DNA of 64,000 nucleotides from Candidatus Heimdallarchaeum endolithica (GCA_021513715.1 CP084167.1:2400001-2464000); one strand, 5' to 3'; shown: positions 48,546 to 59,362, counted from the first letter of the stretch. The notes: a model not told the origin generated them from the letters alone. Translations and numbers: made by a program.

Positions 48546-49799
48546 TTATCTTGGTAACCCGTTGTTTATCCATGTTGTTAGTAAGCGCTTAAATTCTTTC
48601 TTTTTATGAATCCCTTGTGTCTGATAAGAGTAAATTTGGCTCATTGCTAATCCTCCTAATTCGATATATGCTTCATCCATATCGCAAATTGCCGATATTC
48701 TGGCTTTAAAGTTTTCGTCGCTATCTGCTTCATCTACGTAATTAATAAATAATTTTAATATTTTTTCTATTTTTGGTGCTACTTGTTTCTCTTCCTTTGA
48801 AACAGGTTTTGAGCTGATATCTACTTTCTCTTTGATTTTTTGTTTTGGTTTTGGTTCTGGTTTTGGTTCTGGTTTTGGTTCTGGTTTTGGTTCTGGTTTT
48901 GGTTCTGGTTTTTCTTCAATTGCTTTTTCTATTTCTTCTTCATCTGCAAAAAGTTTTTCTTTAATTATAGGTCTTGAAGGTTTTTCAGTTTCCTTAACTT
49001 CTACCTTTGTTTTAGGTTTTTCTTCTTTTTCTTCTATTTTTGTTTCAGTTTTTGGTATAGTCTGTTTTACTTTAGGGATGCTAGATGTACTTGCACTCTT
49101 AAAACCAAAACTAATCTGGTCTGGAGAAATTGTCACTTCTGATTTTTCTTCTTTTGCTGCGATAATTTTTTCTTTTGTTTCTATTTCTGGAAGTTCATCA
49201 ACTATTAAAGCCTCTGGTATCTCAAATTTTGTTTCTTTTGGAATTTCTTGTCCTTCAACTACAGTATCAAGAAATTGATTGATATCTTTACATATTGGCT
49301 GAATTTTTGGTATTTTATTACTAATTTCTTTCATTTTTTCTTTTAATGTCTCGACACCCGCAATCATAACATTTATTTTACGTTTTAGCTCTTGGTTTTC
49401 CTTTATTATTTCTTGTTCTTCTTCTTCAGTCATTCCCATATCTTGCATTGATTCCATGAGGGCATTCATTTGTAATTTTAACTCTTCACGTTCTGCTTGA
49501 AAAAGTTCTTCTTGTAATCTTTTTTCTTCTATTTCTTTATCCAATGCTTCTTTTTCAGCTTTTAGATCTTCAAGGAGTTTTGTGAGTTGATCAAGTTCTT
49601 TTGTCAACTCATCCACTTTTTCACTGGGTTGTGTTTGTTTTAATTTTTCTTCCAGTTTTTCATATAATTGAATTCTTCTCATTGCAAGCTGAGGAGTTAT
49701 ATTTCTTTTTTTCATGAAATTTAAAATAAAATCTAATTCATGCAGTGGTATCTTATACTTTTTTACAAGTTCCTCAGCGCTAAGACTTGTCTCTGTCAT
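48546..49799 (-). CDS. Hypothetical coiled-coil protein with PEPK linker
   Basis: Long heptad E/K-rich region, low-complexity linker, small C-terminal globular domain. Confidence 0.75.
   Translation of the reverse strand: MTETSLSAEELVKKYKIPLHELDFILNFMKKRNITPQLAMRRIQLYEKLEEKLKQTQPSEKVDELTKELDQLTKLLEDLKAEKEALDKEIEEKRLQEELFQAEREELKLQMNALMESMQDMGMTEEEEQEIIKENQELKRKINVMIAGVETLKEKMKEISNKIPKIQPICKDINQFLDTVVEGQEIPKETKFEIPEALIVDELPEIETKEKIIAAKEEKSEVTISPDQISFGFKSASTSSIPKVKQTIPKTETKIEEKEEKPKTKVEVKETEKPSRPIIKEKLFADEEEIEKAIEEKPEPKPEPKPEPKPEPKPEPKPKQKIKEKVDISSKPVSKEEKQVAPKIEKILKLFINYVDEADSDENFKARISAICDMDEAYIELGGLAMSQIYSYQTQGIHKKKEFKRLLTTWINNGLPR
48847..48906. repeat. Perfect 12-bp tandem repeat x5 (encodes EPKP on the - strand)
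   Basis: GGTTTTGGTTCT x5. Confidence 0.95.
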
Positions 49800-49913
49800 G
49801 GTTCTCTAAATATTATAGGTTTTATATGATTTTAATAACTTTTGGTAGTATTGTCTTTAAAGAAATACGAAGCTTTTTTTAGGAGATAAGCTACTTTGAA
49901 AATGGTGTAATAA

Positions 49914-50945
49914 TTGCCAGATTTGAGAGGGCTAATGGTTAACCGTTTGATTGTTCTAATTCAGATAATCGCGTTTCCAGTTTATTTTTACTTATGGTCC
50001 TTTTTTGGTCCAATGAAAGATATGACACTAGCTAAATTTTTCTTTTGGAGAACAAGTGATGTTTCTCCTTTTTCATCCCAAGCAGAAATGATCATTCTAA
50101 AAATAATCGCACCTTTGATATTTGCACTTCCGTTTACTTTAGGTTCAATTATAAGGGCTACTAGGATAGCTGATTCTTATACACTTATGTGGAGAGCTTT
50201 AGGGAAAGTAAGAATAGATACAAAACTATTTTACTTAGTAAATGCTATTTTTTCGTTGTTTTTCTTCATTTTACCCTTTGGTTCGCCCATTCTAGCAGTT
50301 TTTGGTTCTTTTTTTGCTGTTAAACTAATTATGTATGCGTTTGGATGGAAAAAAAATATCCCTGCAATTTTTATTGTTATCCCTGGATTGTTTCTAAGTG
50401 CAATTCCTATTATGGTTACTATCGCCTTTTATAGTGAATATTCAGCAGTTATTGTTCCCATTTGGCAGTTTTGGGCAAAATATTCTCCTATTTTCTATGG
50501 GTTAGTTTTAACTCTTGCATGTGCAATGGCAACAGGTAACTTCTTCATCTTAATGCAAGAAGGTGCAGCTCAGGTTTCCAGAACTAGAACTGAAGTAAAT
50601 GAAAGAGTTGGCATTTTAGTAAAAGCTTTCTTGTTTGCCAGTTTTATGCTTCTATACTGGCTAGTTGCAAAATGGGATGCAAGTCATTTATCTATGTTCA
50701 TTATAAATATTATAGCTGTTGTTTTAAGTATATTAGAGACTCTTATTCGCTGGAGAAAAGGATTAAGACGTGAAGATAACACAAATGGGGGGGCTTTGAT
50801 GGTACCTATATTCATCGCAGCAAATTTCTTAGCTCGATATTGGAATGGTGCAATAACTGTGGTAGTGTCAATTTCTGCTCTGTTATTCTTTGTATTGTTT
50901 ATCTTAGCATATCACTATGCAACAGATGAAACATTATTCGAATAA
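49914..50945 (+). CDS. Hypothetical polytopic membrane protein
   Basis: 343-aa ORF with about 9-10 hydrophobic helices. Confidence 0.75.
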   Translation: MPDLRGLMVNRLIVLIQIIAFPVYFYLWSFFGPMKDMTLAKFFFWRTSDVSPFSSQAEMIILKIIAPLIFALPFTLGSIIRATRIADSYTLMWRALGKVRIDTKLFYLVNAIFSLFFFILPFGSPILAVFGSFFAVKLIMYAFGWKKNIPAIFIVIPGLFLSAIPIMVTIAFYSEYSAVIVPIWQFWAKYSPIFYGLVLTLACAMATGNFFILMQEGAAQVSRTRTEVNERVGILVKAFLFASFMLLYWLVAKWDASHLSMFIINIIAVVLSILETLIRWRKGLRREDNTNGGALMVPIFIAANFLARYWNGAITVVVSISALLFFVLFILAYHYATDETLFE

Positions 50946-51102
50946 TATAAACATCCTTTCTCTTTTTTACTCTATATTTTCTCCGTTGATATACACTATT
51001 ATTAGCTCTTTAAGGGATAGTTGATAAACATTCAACCATAACTTTTTTAATATAAATACAAACTGACGAATAACAAAAGAAGATACTACGGAGTTTCCTC
51101 AT

Positions 51103-51732
51103 ATGACTGTAGAAAATGAGAGCTTGGAAATAATTACAAAAATTAAGGAAAAAACAGAGAAAAAAATTCAACAACTTCTAAAAGAAAAAGAAGAAGCAAT
51201 AGCAAAAATTGAGGCTAAAGCAGAAGAGGAAATCAAGAAAAAGAGAGAAGTACTAATCGCTAAAGCGAAAAAAGAAGCAGAAATAGCTTTAGCCAAAGAG
51301 CAAGCGATTCAAAAATTGGATCTTGACTTGAAACTCTCTAAACAAAGAGAGGAAATAATTGATGAGTTTATTAATAAAGCTAAATCAATCATTGAAGAGA
51401 AAGTAAAGACAAAAGAATACGAAAAAAGTCTTACCAAGATTATTGTAGAAAGTGCATTAATATTAGACGAGTCATCTCTTGTGATATTTTGTAAAAAACA
51501 AGATAAGAAAATTTTAACACCTGCTTTTCTCAATAAAATTACAGAGAAAATAAAAAAGGAACATAAAAAAGATATAAATTTCTCACTAGCTGATACTTTT
51601 ATAAATACAATTGGCGGAGTAATCGTAGAAACTCAAGATAAGTCTATTCGTGTTAATAATACTTATGAAAAACGAATTGAACGAGCAGTAGACGATTTAA
51701 AAAGAAAAATTGGGACAATGTTGATTTCTTAA
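51103..51732 (+). CDS. atpE: A/V-type ATP synthase subunit E
   Basis: N-terminal coiled coil; GGVIVETQDKSIRVNNTYEKRI motif. Confidence 0.88.
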   Translation: MTVENESLEIITKIKEKTEKKIQQLLKEKEEAIAKIEAKAEEEIKKKREVLIAKAKKEAEIALAKEQAIQKLDLDLKLSKQREEIIDEFINKAKSIIEEKVKTKEYEKSLTKIIVESALILDESSLVIFCKKQDKKILTPAFLNKITEKIKKEHKKDINFSLADTFINTIGGVIVETQDKSIRVNNTYEKRIERAVDDLKRKIGTMLIS

Positions 51733-51749
51733 AATAGAGATGATCGAAG

Positions 51750-52337
51750 ATGAATATCATAAGGAAATTTCAATTTATTATAATTGTAGGATTATGTATC
51801 TCCTCCTTTGCTTTTTCAGTAAGAGCTGAAAATGAAATTCAGGTGTATGATGACCAAATTACAGATACAAAAATATACAGAAATTCTATTATTAATGTAT
51901 TTGCAACGATTGTAAATCTTGGAAATAAAACCATTTTAGTTCATTCACTGAATGCAGAATTTATAAATGCTGATGGATTATCAAAATATAATAAGTTATA
52001 TTCTGAAAAATATGATACTGACCACCGTGAATTAGGTGCAGGAGAAAGTTTGACTGGGACTTTACGCTTTAAGGTGGTTAACGCAGAAGGGACTTATAAT
52101 GTTAGTATCTTCTTTAAGGCGACAGACGTTTATTCTGAAGACAATCCCTTAGGAGAAGCACCAATTCTTAATTACACCACTGGAAAAATTTTCACAGTAA
52201 AAGTATATGAGCAAACAAACGCTTCTGGTATTATTGCTGGTATCAGTTTCACTTTTCTCGGGATTGTTGGCGTGATAGTATTATTCATATTTTATGGATG
52301 GATAAAAGAGAGAATTACCAAAAAGAAGTATGAGTAA
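51750..52337 (+). CDS. Exported membrane-anchored protein with one Ig-like domain
   Basis: Signal peptide, IVNLGNKT...GTYNVSI beta-sandwich, C-terminal TM. Confidence 0.7.
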   Translation: MNIIRKFQFIIIVGLCISSFAFSVRAENEIQVYDDQITDTKIYRNSIINVFATIVNLGNKTILVHSLNAEFINADGLSKYNKLYSEKYDTDHRELGAGESLTGTLRFKVVNAEGTYNVSIFFKATDVYSEDNPLGEAPILNYTTGKIFTVKVYEQTNASGIIAGISFTFLGIVGVIVLFIFYGWIKERITKKKYE

Positions 52338-52481
52338 CCTTTCTTTTTATTCCCTTTACCTTTTCTTGAATGAATTGTTTGATCATTTTACTTTGAATTG
52401 TTTAACAGGATTTTGTTGTTGTTTGGTTATTGTCTCCTATCTTTACAGTTATTTTGTTTTTAAATTTTAAACAAAAAAGAA

Positions 52482-53276
52482 TTAGTCGTCAGAAAATTCA
52501 GTTTTTCTTGCGAACATTAAATATCCTGTGTGTGCCACATATTGCCATGTTTTCGGTCTAATTGCATTTTCTTTTAGCTGCATCTCTCTTTCGAGTAATT
52601 CTATAGCTTTTATCTCTGTAAAATTATTTGCTTTCAAACTGGTATATGTCTTTTCTAGTTGATTGGTTGTGGGAATAAAGAGTGTTATTATCCCAGATGG
52701 CTTTAGTGATTCTTTTGCATAAGGAATAATTTCCCATGGGTCTGCTAAATCTAAAAAAACACAATCGACATTCTTCTCTTCAAATCCTTGTTTTACATCT
52801 GCTAATTTAAATGTAATATGATCTGATAAGCCCAACCCTAATTTTTCTATATTTTTCTTTGCTATGTTATGTGCTTGTTCCCTAACCTCATATGTAAAAA
52901 CGTGTCCAGAAGGTTGAACATACATAGCTAAAACTGAAGTCAATGCCCCACTTCCTGTTCCTGCTTCAATAATTCTTGTTCCTGGCTTAATTCCGCTGTT
53001 TAAAATAATATATCCTAAATCTTTGGGATAAATAATTTGTGATTTGAATTCAAAATGATGGAGATAATCAGTAAGTATTGGCTTGTAAATAAATAGTTTG
53101 ATTCCTTTATTGGTGATTATGGAAAGGCCATAGGGTTTTCCTATTATATCGTTAAATTCGAAAAAACCTTTGTTACAGTGAAATTTTTTATTTTCTTCTA
53201 CCTTTCTTATCCATCTTCTCCTGTTATCAAATACAATTAGCACTCGATCGTCGTTTTTAATGTAATCTTCGCTCAA
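52482..53276 (-). CDS. trmI: tRNA (adenine-N1)-methyltransferase (TrmI/GCD14)
   Basis: QIIYPKD, EAGTGSGALT, FLDLADPW, HTGYL. Confidence 0.95.
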   Translation of the reverse strand: MSEDYIKNDDRVLIVFDNRRRWIRKVEENKKFHCNKGFFEFNDIIGKPYGLSIITNKGIKLFIYKPILTDYLHHFEFKSQIIYPKDLGYIILNSGIKPGTRIIEAGTGSGALTSVLAMYVQPSGHVFTYEVREQAHNIAKKNIEKLGLGLSDHITFKLADVKQGFEEKNVDCVFLDLADPWEIIPYAKESLKPSGIITLFIPTTNQLEKTYTSLKANNFTEIKAIELLEREMQLKENAIRPKTWQYVAHTGYLMFARKTEFSDD

Positions 53277-53388
53277 GTTTTCACCTTAAGATTTGTTTCT
53301 TGGACTAGTTTTTTAGTTTTTCAATATTTGTGTGAGAATTTTCAGATTAAACGAAATGCTTTTGTAAGTTCAAGGATGTCTATTTTTA

Positions 53389-54819
53389 ATGATAAAAGTA
53401 TATAATACTCTCACTAGAAAGCTAGAAGAATTTAATCCCATAAACAAAGGAAAAATCCATTGGTACCATTGTGGTGTAACCGTATATTCTAGAAGTCATC
53501 TAGGTCATGCAAGGAACTTAATAGCTTTTGATACCATCAGGAGGTATTTAGAATATAGAGGATACGAAGTCAGGTATGTTCAAAATTTTACTGATGTAGA
53601 CGATAAGATGATTGTTAGGGCAAACGAAGAAGGCGTGTCAATCATAGAACTGGCAGAAAAAAACATACAAGATTATTATGAAGACTTAGATAGACTTAAC
53701 GTAAAAAGACCTTCTCTAGCACCAAGAGCATTACTACACATTAATCATATGATAAAAGACATTCAATCTCTAATAGAAAAAGGATATGCTTATGTAGCTG
53801 ATAATGGCGATGTTTATTTTGATGTTCGAAAATGGAAAGAATATGGTAAACTTTCTAAACAAAAGTTAGAAAATATATTAGAACATACTGAGGATACAGA
53901 AAATCCAAATAAACGTTTTCCTGCAGATTTTGCACTATGGAAAGCTAAAAAAGAAGGTGAACCTTCTTGGCCTTCTCCATGGGGAGAAGGACGACCAGGT
54001 TGGCATATTGAATGTTCTACTATGTCTATGACCTATCTTGGAGAGACATTTGATATTCATAGTGGGGGACAAGATTTAATCTTCCCTCATCATGAAAATG
54101 AAATTGCACAATCTGAAAGTCTAACAGGTAAACCTTTTGCTAGATACTGGCTACATAATGGTTTCGTAAAAATAGACGCAGAAAAGATGTCTAAATCAAT
54201 TGGTAATATAATTAATATAAACTCAATTCTCAAGAGTTACTCGCCTGATAGTGTAAGATTATATACTCTTCTTACCCATTATAGACAACCTATTGACTTC
54301 ACTGAAGAAGGATTAAAACAAGCGGAAGTAACAGCAGAAAGACTCTTCAATACGATCGTTCTCTTAAAGAGCTTTGCAAATGATGAAGAGGAATCTAGTG
54401 TAATTACTGAAGAAGATAAGACTATGATTCAAAGTATAGAAGATGCTAGAAATAAATTTATTGAAGCGATGGATGAAGATTTTAATACAAGTAATGCTTT
54501 GGCTGCAGTATTTGAAATATCTAAGGATGTAAATGACTATTTAAGAAAAGTAGAAAAAATCAACTCAATGGTTGTAAGCAAAGCAAATGAATTGTTTGAT
54601 GAATTTAGACTTGTTTTAGGACTATTCAGTGATATTGACCAATATATTAGCATCGATAAAGTCAAGAATTTAGTTAACTTGCTTATTGATCTCCGCCAGG
54701 AGTTCAGAAAAAGCAAGAATTGGGAAAAAAGTGACAGAATACGTGACACATTAAAAGATTCTGGGATAATTCTTGAGGATAATCCAAAAAGAGTATTATG
54801 GAAAATAGTTGCTAAATAA
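53389..54819 (+). CDS. cysS: Cysteine--tRNA ligase
   Basis: CGVTVY, HLGH, GRPGWHIECS, FPHHENE, KMSKS. Confidence 0.98.
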   Translation: MIKVYNTLTRKLEEFNPINKGKIHWYHCGVTVYSRSHLGHARNLIAFDTIRRYLEYRGYEVRYVQNFTDVDDKMIVRANEEGVSIIELAEKNIQDYYEDLDRLNVKRPSLAPRALLHINHMIKDIQSLIEKGYAYVADNGDVYFDVRKWKEYGKLSKQKLENILEHTEDTENPNKRFPADFALWKAKKEGEPSWPSPWGEGRPGWHIECSTMSMTYLGETFDIHSGGQDLIFPHHENEIAQSESLTGKPFARYWLHNGFVKIDAEKMSKSIGNIININSILKSYSPDSVRLYTLLTHYRQPIDFTEEGLKQAEVTAERLFNTIVLLKSFANDEEESSVITEEDKTMIQSIEDARNKFIEAMDEDFNTSNALAAVFEISKDVNDYLRKVEKINSMVVSKANELFDEFRLVLGLFSDIDQYISIDKVKNLVNLLIDLRQEFRKSKNWEKSDRIRDTLKDSGIILEDNPKRVLWKIVAK

Positions 54820-54999
54820 GTTCTTTTTCTTTTTTTGCCGTTGAATGTAAAAAATTGTCTTCCACAAACAATTTTTTTCTTTTTTTTGTTGTAAAAGAAA
54901 AGGAAAGATGAAAAAAGAGTTGTGAGTATAAAAAAGTAATTACTTAAATTAAATAATTCAGAAAAAAGTTTTTGTATTTTAGTGTATTTACTAAAAACA

Positions 55000-55161
55000 A
55001 TGAGTGACGATAAGATTAATGAAGAAAAACTAAATAACGAAAAAACTGAAGATGAAGAAGAATATGTGGGTAGGGATTGGAATAAAATTTTAATGGGTGT
55101 CTTGTTTGTCTTTGCTGCTACTGTGACATGGTATGTTATTCAAGCAATTCTTGGACATTAA
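55000..55161 (+). CDS. Small (53 aa) tail-anchored membrane protein, below the ORF-track cutoff
   Basis: MSDDKINEEKLNNEKTEDEEEYVGRDWNKILMGVLFVFAATVTWYVIQAILGH*, followed by T-runs. Confidence 0.65.
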   Translation: MSDDKINEEKLNNEKTEDEEEYVGRDWNKILMGVLFVFAATVTWYVIQAILGH

Positions 55162-55253
55162 CCTTTTTAAACAATTTTTTGTTTATTTTGAGGAAAGACA
55201 AATTAAGGATTTGCATAAAAAAACTTTTTTATATGTATTTTTTTGCTTTTAAT

Positions 55254-55943
55254 ATGTTAAAGAAAACAATTTTTACTAATTTGGTTCTCCTGTTATTTAG
55301 TTCGTTTTTAATGTGTGCAGGGTCTAGCTATACTATAATTCCTTCTGATTACTTGATCTATAATGTTATAGATGCAAGTTCAACAACAAACTACTTTTAT
55401 GGTGCATGGCCCCCAGGGGCATATTTTGGAACATGGTCTGTCAAAGAAGGGGATAAAGTGATGTTCAACATAACTTCTGTAACGAGTAACTCTATTAATG
55501 GCACTCTGACCATTGGAAATGTTACTTTTTCTGATGTAAGAAATATTGATGTAGGTAGTGCTCTTGCTTTAAGCATTTATCCATGGATGGGTGGGCTTAT
55601 TGCAAATTCTTCAGATTGGGATGATATAACACAATTAGTTGAAAATACTAACACTACTATATCTGTAGAGCAAATAACTCACTTTGTAAATGGTGATAAC
55701 CTTACATTAGTTGCAAGAATTTTTGAAGTTTCAAATTATTATGGTCAATATTCAAAGTTAATTTATGATAACGAAACTGGTATTTTGCTTGAAGGAATAA
55801 CAAGTTTTAGTAATTATCTCTTAAGTTTATCTTTGGAATTCACTTCTATTGAGCTTAATATTCAAGCACAAAAAACTATGTGGACTCCCTTGTTAGTATC
55901 TGTTTTTTCTGTTGTTATAGTTGTAATATTAAAAAAACGTTAA
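55254..55943 (+). CDS. Exported, C-terminally anchored hypothetical protein
   Basis: Signal peptide from ATG 55254; YDNETGILL motif; C-terminal TM + KKR. Confidence 0.75.
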   Translation: MLKKTIFTNLVLLLFSSFLMCAGSSYTIIPSDYLIYNVIDASSTTNYFYGAWPPGAYFGTWSVKEGDKVMFNITSVTSNSINGTLTIGNVTFSDVRNIDVGSALALSIYPWMGGLIANSSDWDDITQLVENTNTTISVEQITHFVNGDNLTLVARIFEVSNYYGQYSKLIYDNETGILLEGITSFSNYLLSLSLEFTSIELNIQAQKTMWTPLLVSVFSVVIVVILKKR

Positions 55944-56016
55944 CTATACAACTATTCTTTCCATTTTTAATAAAAAAAGCAAAAACTTTTAGAATAACGA
56001 GTTTAGAACATAATAT

Positions 56017-56811
56017 ATGTCAGAAGAAGAAAAAATAGTTCAATATAAGCAAGTAGGCAAAAATAATAATATTGTGCTTATTACATTTCATAGACACAAA
56101 GATCTGAATGCGTTTAATTCACAAATGCTAGAAGAGTTTGAAGAAGTTTTATTGAAAATAAAGCAAGAAAACGATATTCGCTGCGTAATTATTACTTCAG
56201 AAGGTAAATCATTTGTTGCTGGAGCTGACCTTAAATGGATGTCAACTCTCAATGAAGAAAATTATAACGATTTAATAGCTAAAGGACAGGTAGTATTTGA
56301 ATTGATTGAATCTTTGCCAGTACCAGTAATCGCTGCAGTAAATGGATATGCTTTAGGAGGTGGAATGGAACTTTCTTTAGCATGTGACATTAGAATTGCT
56401 AGTTCAAAAGCAGTTTTCGGACAACCAGAAGTTACGTTGGGGTTAGCTCCAGGATGGGGAGGAACTGTTCGTTTACCCCTTATTTCAGGATTAGGTGTAG
56501 CAAAAGATCTTATTCTTACTGGTAGAAAAATAAGTGCTGATGAAGCTCTAAAACTAAATATAGTTTCTGCAGTTTATCCTCCAGAAGAATTACTAGATAA
56601 AGCTTTAGAACTTGCAGAAACGATTGCATCAAATGCTCCTATTGCAGTAAGAGAAGCAAAAAAAGTTTTTACATCAACATTTCAAGAGAAAGTTAAAGAG
56701 GGGTACCGAAAAGAACAAGATGCAGCAAAACCATGTTTTGCATCAAGTGACTTAAAAGAAGGAATTGATGCATTGTTTAACAGAAGAAAACCAGAATTTA
56801 AAGATAATTAA
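56017..56811 (+). CDS. Enoyl-CoA hydratase/crotonase family protein
   Basis: SFVAGADL, AAVNGYALGGGMEL, FGQPEVTLGL. Confidence 0.95.
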   Translation: MSEEEKIVQYKQVGKNNNIVLITFHRHKDLNAFNSQMLEEFEEVLLKIKQENDIRCVIITSEGKSFVAGADLKWMSTLNEENYNDLIAKGQVVFELIESLPVPVIAAVNGYALGGGMELSLACDIRIASSKAVFGQPEVTLGLAPGWGGTVRLPLISGLGVAKDLILTGRKISADEALKLNIVSAVYPPEELLDKALELAETIASNAPIAVREAKKVFTSTFQEKVKEGYRKEQDAAKPCFASSDLKEGIDALFNRRKPEFKDN

Positions 56812-56837
56812 TTTTTTTTTTAGTTGTGTCTAATTCC

Positions 56838-57986
56838 TTACCTTTTTTTGAATTTATTATTTTTACAATATGGACAGCCAAATTCTTTTAGTTCTTCAAT
56901 TGTCTTTATTTTCTTATTTTTGCCAATTGTAATTTCGTTTTTACAATTTATACAAACATAAATCCTGTTTTTAGGATTGAAATCACCAGTATAAAGCTTA
57001 TCGAGATATTGTCCTTTAATTATTGGTGTTAGGGGTGGAAGAGTTTCTAATCTATATAGAACAGACTCTCCAGCTAAAATTTGTGCTCCTATATACTTAT
57101 TAAATCGAGGTAGAATATGAGTGACCAAACAATTCATTGCAAGAAGATCTTTCTGAATTTTTAGCATTTCTTGAGGGGGTTTTTGACCAAAAGAAAGGTA
57201 GATAACACCTCCAATAGATTGATTTAGTATTTCTAAAGCTCTAGACACAAATAATGACACTCCTGGTCTAGTATATGGGGGATCTGTAAGTACTACATCA
57301 AAGATACCTTGGTAGGATCTAGGAATGGGATTCCTAAAGTCGTGATGAACAAATTTGATATTGGTACTGTTGTCTTTATTATATATATCAATAATTTTTT
57401 TTAACCTTTGATCAATGTCAAATACTACGATTTCTTGGTCATTTTTAAGAAACTGAGAAAGAAGTAAACTAGTTAAATCACTATCTCCAATGAACGCATA
57501 ATTATCTTTTATCAGATCATAGTTGTGATTCATAAATAATATTCTTCTTAAATTTGTTTCAGCTGTAGCAAAAGACTGATCAATTACAGTTTTAGGCGCA
57601 CCTCTCATCGATGCATAATATTTGAATTTTTCTAGTTCTTTTTCAAACTTATTTTCTTCAAATATAAACCCAATTCCATCACATTCTTTGCATGTTAAGT
57701 CAAAATTAACTTTTGTAAGTTCTTTGACTGCTTCAATTCCCGTGAATGAAAGTTTGTTCCCTTTCGGTGTTTTTTCACACCATCCTATCTTTATCAACTC
57801 ATTTTTTATTGCAACACTTATTGGAGTGGGAAAACCGCTTTTTTGCGCAACAAATTTTATTGGTTTGTTTGGGTATCTGTCTAAAACAGCTAAAAAGCGC
57901 TTTATTCCGTTAATTCCCTCTTTTATTTTGACTTTTTTTGTAATTTCATTGATCTGTTTAATTATCTCTTCCCTATTCGTATTCAA
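56838..57986 (-). CDS. bpsA: Branched-chain polyamine synthase family (BpsA/DUF43)
   Basis: DQSFAT, FIGDSDLTSL, FDIDQRL, DFRNPIP, FDVVLTDPPYT. Confidence 0.82.
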   Translation of the reverse strand: MNTNREEIIKQINEITKKVKIKEGINGIKRFLAVLDRYPNKPIKFVAQKSGFPTPISVAIKNELIKIGWCEKTPKGNKLSFTGIEAVKELTKVNFDLTCKECDGIGFIFEENKFEKELEKFKYYASMRGAPKTVIDQSFATAETNLRRILFMNHNYDLIKDNYAFIGDSDLTSLLLSQFLKNDQEIVVFDIDQRLKKIIDIYNKDNSTNIKFVHHDFRNPIPRSYQGIFDVVLTDPPYTRPGVSLFVSRALEILNQSIGGVIYLSFGQKPPQEMLKIQKDLLAMNCLVTHILPRFNKYIGAQILAGESVLYRLETLPPLTPIIKGQYLDKLYTGDFNPKNRIYVCINCKNEITIGKNKKIKTIEELKEFGCPYCKNNKFKKR

Positions 57987-58087
57987 CTTACCTATTTTAT
58001 AATATCTCTCTTCTAAAATTTTGTTATTAATATCTCAAATATTTCTTCGTAAGAAAAATTTTTCAATAGATTGAAAACTGTAAAATT

Positions 58088-59362
58088 GTGAAAAATTTAA
58101 TTTCTTCATTTTCTTATCTAGATTATAAAACTAATCTACTTACTCTAAATAATATCCCACTTAATGAGCTAATAAAAGATGTCGATACACCTTTTTTTCT
58201 TTATTTACCTAAACGATTCGAGCAAAACTATTTAGCACTTAAAAATTCATTATCAAAGTATTTACCTAATTTTCAGATTTTTTATGCCGTAAAAGCCAAT
58301 TATTTAGGAAAAATATTGTTAGATGCAAAAAAACTTGGTTTAGGACTAGAGGTTATGTCTTTGTTTGAGATTTTATTGGCTAGAAGAGCTAAATATTCTT
58401 TTAATAATCTTATTTTTAATGGCCCAGCTAAAACTGAACTAGAACTCACTACTTACTTAAAAGAAAATTCTAATGCTAGAATCAACGTAGAATCATTAAA
58501 TGAACTAGTTTTAATTGAAAGAATTGCTAAAAAAATGAAAATTAAACCAAAAGTAACTGTGAGGATTCATCCTAACTTAAGTAAAGAAACTGAAAAAAGG
58601 ATGTTGATTAAGAAAAGCAGTAAATTAGGTATAGATTACGAAAGGGCAAAGAAACTTTTTTCTTTTGCTAAAGATTCAGACTTTTTAGAACCTGTAGGAG
58701 TACACGTGCATGTTGGCACAAATCTTTCATCTCATGAGTTTTTTGATGAATTGTTTGATTTTATGAATTCATACATTGAGAGTTTAAGAAAAATCGATAT
58801 CCAGATTAAAGAAGTAAATCTTGGAGGAGGGTTAGCTCCCCCAAATGTCCTGATTAGAGAAAATTTTAGTTTATATCGCTTTGCTGAACAAATAGTAACA
58901 AAATTTGAGAACTACAAAGATATTCTTTTTCTTTTTGAACCAGGACGATATTTGATTGCAGATAGTTTTATCGCTTTGACTAAAATTCTACAAACAAAGA
59001 AAAGCTGGGGGCGAAAGTGGGCTTTTGTAGATATTGGAGCTAATTCTCTTGTTCCTTTGAGATATAGCATTTATTCTGTTATTCCTCTATTTTTTAAGGG
59101 GAAGGGCCAATATTGCAATCTTGGGGGTCCATTGTGTTTACCTGTTGATATCATAACAAAAGAAGCAGTTGATTTTATGGTAGAGAACGATGATTTGTTG
59201 GCAGTACTAAATTGTGGTGCTTATACTCTCTCTATGAGCGAACAATTCGGTTATCCACGTCCTCCTGTTTATGAGCTAAATGAGAAAGGAAAGTTAAAAT
59301 TGATCAAACCTTCTGATGATATAGAAAGAATGGTTGAAGAGAATTTTAGTAATCTTGAGTAG
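58088..59362 (+). CDS. PLP-dependent group IV decarboxylase (diaminopimelate/ornithine family)
   Basis: FYAVKAN, HVHVGT, NLGGG, EPGRYL, GPLC, GAY. Confidence 0.9.
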   Translation: MKNLISSFSYLDYKTNLLTLNNIPLNELIKDVDTPFFLYLPKRFEQNYLALKNSLSKYLPNFQIFYAVKANYLGKILLDAKKLGLGLEVMSLFEILLARRAKYSFNNLIFNGPAKTELELTTYLKENSNARINVESLNELVLIERIAKKMKIKPKVTVRIHPNLSKETEKRMLIKKSSKLGIDYERAKKLFSFAKDSDFLEPVGVHVHVGTNLSSHEFFDELFDFMNSYIESLRKIDIQIKEVNLGGGLAPPNVLIRENFSLYRFAEQIVTKFENYKDILFLFEPGRYLIADSFIALTKILQTKKSWGRKWAFVDIGANSLVPLRYSIYSVIPLFFKGKGQYCNLGGPLCLPVDIITKEAVDFMVENDDLLAVLNCGAYTLSMSEQFGYPRPPVYELNEKGKLKLIKPSDDIERMVEENFSNLE

